NCBI GenBank assembly: GCA_051117555.1 | Contig: JBNPEG010000237.1 | Coordinates: 1 to 15,243, forward strand | Origin: Elainellaceae cyanobacterium | GTDB lineage: Bacteria > Cyanobacteriota > Cyanobacteriia > CAZCXK01 | Length of the DNA stretch: 15,243 nt | Direction: 5' to 3' | Shown: piece by piece, positions 8,968-15,243 of the stretch | Layout of the letters: the number at the start of each line of letters is the position of its first letter | Numbering within the stretch: position 1 is the stretch's first letter | Translations under genes and position numbers: made by a program | Notes under the pieces: generated by a model | Told to the model about the DNA's origin: nothing | Database searches by the model: none | The model's input: only the letters and a program-made list of their open reading frames with translations

Positions 8968-9402
8968 TTAGATGTAGTACATGATATCGAGTTGCTGGCG
9001 CGCATCTCGTTGATCTGCTAAATCTTGGAGCGTATACTTACTTAACACAGCATCTGCGGCCTGACGAGCTTCCTGCCAAATTTCGTGAACCACAATTCCT
9101 GGGGTCGATTGGGGTATTTGCTTAGTAGAAGGTTGGGTATCTAACCCCTCAATGCAGGTTACGACATCCAATATGCTGATTTTCCAAGGCTCTTTGGCTA
9201 GCAAATATCCACCTCTGGCTCCCCGCTGACTCCGAACCAATCCAGACCGCCGCAGCGTTGCCAAAAGTTGTTCTAAATAGCGATCCGGGATGTTCTGCTC
9301 AGCAGAAATCTGGCGAATTTGTAAGGGTTCGCCACCATTGTAATGAGTTGTGAGTTCCAGCAGCGCTAGAAGTGCGTATTCACTCTTACTAGAAAGTTCC
9401 AC
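8968..9402 (-). CDS. Rrf2 family transcriptional regulator, CymR-like
   Basis: ELSSKSEYALLALLEL, YLEQLLATLRRSGLVRSQRGARGGYLLA winged HTH. Lacks the IscR 3-Cys cluster motif, ends in MYYI, and lies directly upstream of cysK. GTG start. Confidence 0.92.
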   Translation of the reverse strand: MELSSKSEYALLALLELTTHYNGGEPLQIRQISAEQNIPDRYLEQLLATLRRSGLVRSQRGARGGYLLAKEPWKISILDVVTCIEGLDTQPSTKQIPQSTPGIVVHEIWQEARQAADAVLSKYTLQDLADQRDARQQLDIMYYI

Positions 9403-9459
9403 AGGTTAGTTTAGAAGCCTCAACTATATTGCGCCTAGGATGCCCTATGCATCTTCCTT

Positions 9460-9487
9460 AGTATATCCCGGTTCTCCACTGGGGTTT
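9460..9487 (-). promoter_or_regulatory. Putative -10 box (TATACT) with overlapping imperfect palindromic Rrf2-type operator
   Basis: Minus-strand TATACT at 9460-9465. The 25-bp ATATCCCGGTTCTCCACTGGGGTTT (9463-9487) has 7 of 10 outer positions dyad-symmetric. Confidence 0.45.
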
Positions 9488-9569
9488 GCAGGTTTAATGT
9501 GACAAATAAAAACATAATCAGCGATTGGATTAGAAGTCCTGCTTGATAGCGGTGCGTTCAAGTTAAGCG

Positions 9570-9607
9570 AAAAAACGCCTGAGCCCCTATAAAATCGAGC
9601 TCAGGCG
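9570..9607 (-). terminator. Intrinsic terminator after the downstream porin
   Basis: 9-bp stem CGCCTGAGC (9576-9584)/GCTCAGGCG (9599-9607), followed by T6 on the minus strand. Confidence 0.7.
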
Positions 9608-9661
9608 CTATTAAACTGAAGAGACTAGGAACCAGCAATTCAAACAACTAGATTCATGGGT

Positions 9662-11368
9662 CTAGAAGCTGAACGTCGTTCTGAGGTGACCAATGATCGC
9701 ATCATCATTATCGTTGTCGTTGAACGGATCGTTGATCCAAACAACGCTAGGTGTGATGGAGATGAAATCATTCAGGCGATACCGATAGAATCCTTCAAGC
9801 AAAAAGCTTGTGTCATCTCCGAAATCGTCATCTCCGGTAAACTCACGGCTATAGGTCGGAACACCTGCTAAGACACCAATCATGTTGCCTTCGCCCAACA
9901 CATCGTTGATAGCTAACGTGCCTTGGTAGCTCCAGGTTTCATAGTCAGGGTTAGCTCCGATACCGTTGACATTCGCGTAGAAAATTCCGCCACCGATTTC
10001 GAAGATGTCTAACTTAACGTTAAACTGACCACCGTAGTAGTTACCCACTTGAGGACCATCGCCAAAAATTAACCCATCACCCGCGTAAGAGTTGGAGTAG
10101 GTCAAAGCAGCATCTATGAAATCACTCAAGAAAGTCAACTGAGCGATTCCACCGTAGTCGCCATTAAATAAACCCGCACCGGGGCTAGGATCAGAGGGTT
10201 CACCCGATGAATAACCAAAGTCGAGGCTGAGGGCATCAGTGATTTGAATAATCGCACCTGCACCTGCATCACCAGGAATGAAGTTGTACTGAGGAGGGAA
10301 ACCAAAGTTGCTGATGCTGCCGCCACCAGAGCTATCCAAGGGGCTGATCGTACTAACTACGTAGTCATCTGCACCGATGCTGTTTGCGCCAATGGTAATT
10401 GCAGCAACGTCAAGGAGTGTGAAGGTGTAGACCAAATCGTCAAGGACAAAGTCACCGCCGCCACCACCGCTGAAGGAGCGACCAATTGGGTCAGAGGAGA
10501 AATCGGGAAGATCACGAGCCTGGAAGCGAGTTCTCAAGCGATCTTCACCCGTAAAGCTGGTATCAAAGTTCATACGAACCCGATAGCCAAAGGTGGTCTC
10601 ATCATCAAAGCCGTCAGGCTCATCAATCGGAACTTCCTGAGCAAAGATGACTTCAGCATTCAGCTTGGTGGTGGTAGAAAACTGGTTTGCTTCGACTTCA
10701 GCCACGCGAGCTTCTAATGCATCAACCCGACCGCGAAGCGTTGCTAGCTCAGCCGCAAACTCTTCCTGCAACCGCTGAAGAACAGCCAAGTCTTCACGGG
10801 TGACAACGTCAGCTAGACCTGCTGCAATCAGTTCATTGATGCGGTCTAAACACGCATTCATACCAGCCGCAAACTCATACCGAGTCATCGCCCGGTTACC
10901 GCGATAGGTTCCGTCGGGATACCCTGCGATACAACCATAGCGCTCAACCAGCGATTGCAGAGCTTGGAATGCCCAGTCAGTCGGTTGAACGTCAGATAGC
11001 TGAGAAATCGATGTCACCTGTCCTAGAGAATTGACGGTGCCCTCGCTGCTATATTCTTGAACCTGGTTCAAGAAATAAACGCTGTCGTCTTGAGCGTCTG
11101 CGCTCTCTTCGAGAGAAGACGCAGATGGCTCAGCAGGCACACCAGCCAGTTGAATGGGCTCAGCGCTAGCGGACTGTTCTAAGTTTTCACCATCGAAAAC
11201 GGAAATTTCCTCAACGTCGGAAATCTCAGCCAACTCAGGCAAGAATGCGTCGCTCGATTCACTAGACTGGGAAGTCTCAGACGCGATCGCAGACGTAGAA
11301 GCAATCAATGTAGCCGTTAAGACTGCTGGAGTAACCAGCAATGAATTCCATAAAATCTTAGGCAGCAT
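9662..11368 (-). CDS. Cyanobacterial outer-membrane porin (SLH domain + OprB-like barrel; SomA/SomB, 'iron uptake porin' family), copy 1
   Basis: Signal peptide, QVTSISQLSDVQPTDWAFQALQSLVERYGCIAGYPDGTYRGNRAMTRYEFAAG SLH region, coiled coil, QFSTTTKL barrel start and terminal Phe (RTTFSF). ATG 11368 follows the GTGTGAGGA RBS. Confidence 0.93.
   Translation of the reverse strand: MLPKILWNSLLVTPAVLTATLIASTSAIASETSQSSESSDAFLPELAEISDVEEISVFDGENLEQSASAEPIQLAGVPAEPSASSLEESADAQDDSVYFLNQVQEYSSEGTVNSLGQVTSISQLSDVQPTDWAFQALQSLVERYGCIAGYPDGTYRGNRAMTRYEFAAGMNACLDRINELIAAGLADVVTREDLAVLQRLQEEFAAELATLRGRVDALEARVAEVEANQFSTTTKLNAEVIFAQEVPIDEPDGFDDETTFGYRVRMNFDTSFTGEDRLRTRFQARDLPDFSSDPIGRSFSGGGGGDFVLDDLVYTFTLLDVAAITIGANSIGADDYVVSTISPLDSSGGGSISNFGFPPQYNFIPGDAGAGAIIQITDALSLDFGYSSGEPSDPSPGAGLFNGDYGGIAQLTFLSDFIDAALTYSNSYAGDGLIFGDGPQVGNYYGGQFNVKLDIFEIGGGIFYANVNGIGANPDYETWSYQGTLAINDVLGEGNMIGVLAGVPTYSREFTGDDDFGDDTSFLLEGFYRYRLNDFISITPSVVWINDPFNDNDNDDAIIGHLRTTFSF
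10662..11020. repeat. 359-bp direct repeat, copy 1 (identical to 12761-13119)
   Basis: Base-by-base comparison found no mismatches from AGCTTGGTGG to ATGTCACCTG. Confidence 0.93.
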
Positions 11369-11374
11369 TCTTCG

Positions 11375-11386
11375 TGTCCTCACACC
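11375..11386 (-). promoter_or_regulatory. RBS region / putative Yfr1 sRNA target site of porin 1
   Basis: mRNA GGUGUGAGGACA is complementary to 9 nt (UCCUCACAC) of the conserved Yfr1 motif ACUCCUCACAC. The same 12-mer occurs at porin 2. Confidence 0.6.
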
Positions 11387-11601
11387 TATTTCAAGAAATG
11401 ACTGACAATCTACAAAGCAATTTATAGCATTGCCATCTCGTAACTTGATGTTTCCTCAGAACAGATTAGCAGAAAAAACCAGGATGGTTAACTAGGCTGA
11501 TCTAATTATTCATGAGGATTTCAAGGTGAGAACTCAGAACCACCTATATATTAAGGACTTAACCTAATTTGGTAAATGCAATAAAAACAGGAGATAAATA
11601 A

Positions 11602-11631
11602 CTCAAGCCTCACCCTTAAGCAAGGCTTGAG
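11602..11631 (-). terminator. Probable terminator/stabilising hairpin after the upstream porin
   Basis: 9-bp stem CTCAAGCCT/AGGCTTGAG with 12-nt loop, followed by TTATTT on the minus strand. Confidence 0.5.
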
Positions 11632-11685
11632 ACATCGTTGGTCATTGCCATCTGCTGATGAGCATGTCGGAGACGCAAGCCTTCC

Positions 11686-13545
11686 TTAGAATTTGAAGAC
11701 GGTTCTCAGCGTACCGATGATCACATCATCGTTGTCGTCCACATTGAATGGGGAGTCAATATAAATCACGCTAGGCGTAATTGTGATGAAATCATTAATT
11801 GGGTAGCTGTAGAATCCTTCAATCAGAAAACCGCTATCTGAAGACTGGTCATCAAGGTCGCGAGTGTACGTTGGAACACCGCCGACAACGCCCAGACGAG
11901 CGCCTTCTACAAGCAAGTCGTTTAGGGCAAGCGTCCCCTGATACGTCCAGGCTTCGTAGTCTGGGAGTGCGCCGATTCCGTTGACTTGGGAAAAGGCAAT
12001 GCTTCCTCCCACCTCAAGGAAATTATCAAATAGCTTGAAGTTAAACGCACCGCCATAGGTATTGGCAACGGCTGGACCATCAATATCGTAAACATTATCG
12101 ATTCTCTGGAGGTCGCTCGTGGGTGAATATGAGTTGACATAGGTCAAGCCAACATCGACGAGGTCGCTCTCAAACGTTAGCTGACCAATCGCACCATAAT
12201 CACCGTTAAATAGACCGCTTCCTCCTTCAGGGTCTGATGGATCATCCGCGACATAACCGCCTTCAATCAAAACGGCAAAATCGTCGTTCTCGATCAGTGC
12301 AACCGAAGCACCAATTCCTGCGCCACTGCCAGGGAAAGCTTGTTCGTAAACGCCTACGTCGCCAAATTCGCTGATTGAACCACTGCTCGAACTAGACAGA
12401 GGCGTGATGTCATTGACCGGATCATCGATATCAAGTCCGGTGGCACCGATCAGAATTTCAGCCCGGTCGAATAGAGTGAACGTGTAGATCAAGTCATCCA
12501 GAGCAAAATCATTCCCCTCGTCGCCTCCTGCGTTGAAGCCCAGTGGGTCATCAGGAAAAGTGTCGCCGATATCGTTTTCAAAGTTTCCAGCTTCAACACT
12601 GGTTTCTAACTCATCTTCACCCGTAAAACTGGTGATGAAGTTCAAACGAACCCGATCGATGAAGACGGCTTGGTCACCATCGTCGATATCGTCTCCGCTT
12701 GCCGTCACGTTGCCATCATCAACCCCAATGGCAGATACAAGGAACTGCACCTCACCTTCAAGCTTGGTGGTGGTAGAAAACTGGTTTGCTTCGACTTCAG
12801 CCACGCGAGCTTCTAATGCATCAACCCGACCGCGAAGCGTTGCTAGCTCAGCCGCAAACTCTTCCTGCAACCGCTGAAGAACAGCCAAGTCTTCACGGGT
12901 GACAACGTCAGCTAGACCTGCTGCAATCAGTTCATTGATGCGGTCTAAACACGCATTCATACCAGCCGCAAACTCATACCGAGTCATCGCCCGGTTACCG
13001 CGATAGGTTCCGTCGGGATACCCTGCGATACAACCATAGCGCTCAACCAGCGATTGCAGAGCTTGGAATGCCCAGTCAGTCGGTTGAACGTCAGATAGCT
13101 GAGAAATCGATGTCACCTGCCCTAGCGATTCAGAGTCTCCATTCGTGTTGTAAAACTGAACCTGATCGAGAACGTCTTCAGTTGACTGCTCACTAGACTC
13201 TGAACCCATCACAGGTTCGTCCTGAACCGTAGCCGGTTGCTCCATAGCACCTTCAGTACCCTCTAAAGATTCAGCCTCTAAAGGTTCGATTTGGTGAGTA
13301 TCGAGCGAGTCACTCGATTCAAATTGATTGTCTGCTCCATTGTCTGTCTCAACGTCCACAGGCTGATCGGCAACTTGAGCAAGTTCGAAATCTCCACCCA
13401 ATAGCTCAGAGACATGATTCGTAGCGAAGTCGGACCCAGAATCAGATTGAGTTTCTGAGGCGATCGCCCCCGCTTCAGAGACAACAAATATACCAACAAA
13501 AACCGGTGTAACAAGCAATGAATGCCACAAAAATTTATTACTCAT
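11686..13545 (-). CDS. Cyanobacterial outer-membrane porin (SLH + OprB-like barrel), copy 2
   Basis: MSNKFLWHSLLV signal peptide, long acidic linker, same SLH/coiled-coil block as copy 1 and terminal RTVFKF. ATG 13545 is preferred over the ORF-track start 13635 by parallel with copy 1. Confidence 0.93.
   Translation of the reverse strand: MSNKFLWHSLLVTPVFVGIFVVSEAGAIASETQSDSGSDFATNHVSELLGGDFELAQVADQPVDVETDNGADNQFESSDSLDTHQIEPLEAESLEGTEGAMEQPATVQDEPVMGSESSEQSTEDVLDQVQFYNTNGDSESLGQVTSISQLSDVQPTDWAFQALQSLVERYGCIAGYPDGTYRGNRAMTRYEFAAGMNACLDRINELIAAGLADVVTREDLAVLQRLQEEFAAELATLRGRVDALEARVAEVEANQFSTTTKLEGEVQFLVSAIGVDDGNVTASGDDIDDGDQAVFIDRVRLNFITSFTGEDELETSVEAGNFENDIGDTFPDDPLGFNAGGDEGNDFALDDLIYTFTLFDRAEILIGATGLDIDDPVNDITPLSSSSSGSISEFGDVGVYEQAFPGSGAGIGASVALIENDDFAVLIEGGYVADDPSDPEGGSGLFNGDYGAIGQLTFESDLVDVGLTYVNSYSPTSDLQRIDNVYDIDGPAVANTYGGAFNFKLFDNFLEVGGSIAFSQVNGIGALPDYEAWTYQGTLALNDLLVEGARLGVVGGVPTYTRDLDDQSSDSGFLIEGFYSYPINDFITITPSVIYIDSPFNVDDNDDVIIGTLRTVFKF
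12761..13119. repeat. 359-bp direct repeat, copy 2 (identical to 10662-11020)
   Basis: Base-by-base identity with copy 1, offset 2099 bp. Confidence 0.93.
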
Positions 13546-13556
13546 GTCCTCACACC
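13545..13556 (-). promoter_or_regulatory. RBS region / putative Yfr1 sRNA target site of porin 2
   Basis: mRNA GGUGUGAGGAC-AUG directly abuts the start codon. Confidence 0.6.
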
Positions 13557-13698
13557 CAAACAACTCAAAAGTTATGAAATAGCTCCGCTGACACAGCGAT
13601 TGTGATTGTTCAACCGAAGCATTTCTTCTTTCCAAAGAGAGATATAAAACAACAGACTGAGTTGAGCCTGAGAAAAAAATTAATTCGACATATAGAAA

Positions 13699-13728
13699 AG
13701 GTTAAGCACAGATTGAAAGAAGTTTAAA
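13699..13728 (-). promoter_or_regulatory. Putative Pho box (SphR/PhoB site)
   Basis: Minus strand TTTAAACT-tct-TTCAATCT-gtg-CTTAACCT: three 8-bp units at 11-bp period resembling PyTTAAPyPy(T/A). Confidence 0.4.
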
Positions 13729-13881
13729 AACATGATTTGAGTCAGGTTTTAATACTGATTTAATAACGGGTTTAGGCTCGTTAAGCACGGCTAGGCAATG
13801 CTTCCAGCAACATTAAGAATATTTCGTCTCTCCTTAAAGTAGAAATATTTTTTTATTTAAAAAAACCACAGATATAGACAT

Positions 13882-13907
13882 AAAAAAACCTGCGAGTCTC
13901 CGCAGGT
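13882..13907 (-). terminator. Intrinsic terminator downstream of phhB
   Basis: ACCTGCG-agtctc-CGCAGGT stem-loop, followed by a T-tract on the minus strand. Confidence 0.65.
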
Positions 13908-13973
13908 CTTATCAGTTCTTAATGTATTAATGCTTCAAACATATAGCGATCCTAAATCGCTTGTGAATTGTGC

Positions 13974-14012
13974 GTGAGTGTTGGGGCGGGCGCCGCTCGC
14001 CCCAACACTCAC
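13974..14012. repeat. 18-bp near-perfect inverted repeat (REP-like hairpin)
   Basis: GTGAGTGTTGGGGCGGGC-gcc-GCTCGCCCCAACACTCAC, 17 of 18 Watson-Crick pairs. Confidence 0.85.
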
Positions 14013-14060
14013 AACCCATCTGAGATTGCTATAGTAGGTTCGATGAAGTCAATTCATCAA

Positions 14061-14342
14061 CTACTGAATACCCGAAATGACGTTAGCCATTTCAAAGTCA
14101 CTGTCCGTTAAGCCGCCAGCATCATGACTGGTCAACTCAATGGTTACCTTGTTGTAAGAGATTGAGATGTCAGGGTGGTGTCCTGCTGCTTCTGCGGGCT
14201 CAACTAAACGGTTCACGAAATTGATAGCTTCTACAAAGTCCTTAAACTCCCGGGTACATTGAATTTTTTTACCCTCAACTGACCAGTTAGGGAGCTGGTT
14301 AGCCCGCTGTTGAGCATCAGATTGACTTAATAATTGCGCCAT
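14061..14342 (-). CDS. phhB: Pterin-4-alpha-carbinolamine (4a-hydroxytetrahydrobiopterin) dehydratase
   Basis: FKDFVEAINFVNRL, AEAAGHHPDI and LTSHDAGGLTDSDF motifs; 93 aa. Confidence 0.92.
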   Translation of the reverse strand: MAQLLSQSDAQQRANQLPNWSVEGKKIQCTREFKDFVEAINFVNRLVEPAEAAGHHPDISISYNKVTIELTSHDAGGLTDSDFEMANVISGIQ

Positions 14343-14642
14343 AGCAATCAGTCCCCATTATTTATACATACTGCTGTCAGCGCGATCGCAAACTAGGTTG
14401 CAACCAGCGCTACACTTTATAGCCTATAGACCTTATAACTCAGTTACAAGGTTAATCTGTCTATGGGATAGTTCTTTGGCAGTCGATGGGTTGACGTTTA
14501 AGGCAGCCGCATTCATGCGCAGCCACGCTAAGTTGAAGCCATGCAGTAGCAGGTATTTATCATCCGCCCTTCTGCCTCCTGCTTCTCAAGCATCCTCTAA
14601 AAGCTTTGTACCTAGCTCGATGCCTCTTTAAGATGTCTCTTT

Positions 14643-14953
14643 AAAAAGCTATCCGCTCTTACCATCAACGAACAAGTACGAACTTGAACGTCTTATCGGT
14701 AAGAGCGGTGTAGCGGGTCTTCAAGTTGAACTAGACTGCCGGGAGGAACTCTAGGTTATCCCAGCAATGCCTTCAAAAGGCAAACAGCTGAACTCTAGAG
14801 AGCAGCCCCGGCACACAGCCAGTTAATTTCAACTTGGAGACCCATACATTTACTACTATCTTGCATGGGCATCACCTCCTTGTTCCCTAAGTGGATATGT
14901 CTCAAAAGGACACTCATCAAGGATTTACCTTAATGATCAGGCTCATCTGCCTT
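14643..14953 (-). ncRNA. Candidate structured RNA / small-peptide mRNA (unassigned family)
   Basis: Nested inverted repeats at 14648-14714, 14715-14843 and 14840-14870; extended -10 TGTTATTCT at 14960-14968; T5 tract at 14643-14647. Boundaries are inferred. Confidence 0.45.
14795..14866 (-). CDS. Putative small peptide MQDSSKCMGLQVEINWLCAGAAL (23 aa)
   Basis: AAGGAGGTGAT (14871-14881) is a perfect complement of the 16S 3' end, with GGAGG 8 nt before ATG 14866. In-frame alternative ATGs at 14872 and 14917. Confidence 0.45.
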   Translation of the reverse strand: MQDSSKCMGLQVEINWLCAGAAL

Positions 14954-15001
14954 GGAGCTAGAATAACACACTCTCATATAAAGTGGGTGTTGAGTTGGAA
15001 T

Positions 15002-15031
15002 AAAAAAGGCTCCCTGCAAACGCAGGGAGCC
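15002..15031 (-). terminator. Intrinsic terminator of psbD
   Basis: Perfect 10-bp stem GGCTCCCTGC-aaac-GCAGGGAGCC, followed by T6 on the minus strand. Confidence 0.88.
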
Positions 15032-15085
15032 AAACTGTGGAATCTTAATTACCCTGTCAAAGGTTGAGCATTATGCTGAACAACT

Positions 15086-15243
<158 letters not shown>

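Noticed and set aside
10662..13119. Repeat pair as a diversity-generating retroelement TR/VR or as IS ends
   Set aside because: No adenine-specific differences (copies are identical), no reverse transcriptase or transposase, and both copies encode the conserved domain.
7842..13514. Alternative-frame/antisense ORFs inside cysK and the porins (e.g. 8435..8869, 10244..10717, 12533..12877)
   Set aside because: Fully nested in confident CDSs and explained by codon bias on the coding strand.
14518..14582. AGGAGG followed by a tiny minus-strand ORF (MINTCYC...)
   Set aside because: Very short, SD spacing is long (11 nt), and there is no other support.
14398..14631. 77-aa plus-strand ORF
   Set aside because: TTG start, no RBS, no recognisable protein features.
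14632..14754. Plus-strand frame ending ...GLQVELDCREEL*, mirroring the small peptide
   Set aside because: No in-frame start codon after the upstream stop; the similarity follows from the inverted repeat.
14643..14870. Structured region as tRNA, SRP, tmRNA, RNase P RNA or retron msr-msd
   Set aside because: None of the diagnostic motifs were recognised and no RT gene is nearby; 6S RNA cannot be formally excluded without a covariance-model search.
14871..14881. ATCACCTCCTT as a possible 16S rRNA 3' end fragment
   Set aside because: No other 16S sequence flanks it; better read as a minus-strand SD.

Overview
Cyanobacterial chromosomal window: about 19 HIP1 GCGATCGC octamers by eye, plus psbD and sasA. 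It holds mostly housekeeping genes: an XPB/Rad25-like helicase, a putative lipoprotein/membrane protein, a small ORF coupled to msrA, the circadian kinase sasA, DUF2301, YdcF/DUF218 and J-domain proteins, an Rrf2 (CymR-like)-cysK operon, two tandem SLH-domain porins, pterin-4a-carbinolamine dehydratase, and the 3' end of a stand-alone psbD. The most unusual signals are non-genic. (1) A heavily structured ~310-nt candidate transcript between phhB and psbD, absent from the ORF track, carries a 23-aa ORF behind an 11-nt perfect Shine-Dalgarno and folds back onto that ORF. (2) The two otherwise diverged porins share a 359-bp 100% identical block. (3) Both porin RBSs carry Yfr1-complementary sites. 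(4) An alternating 10-bp tandem repeat fills the Rrf2-cysK spacer. (5) A MITE/REP-like element lies at 3049-3210. All calls were made by eye, with no database searches or folding computations.
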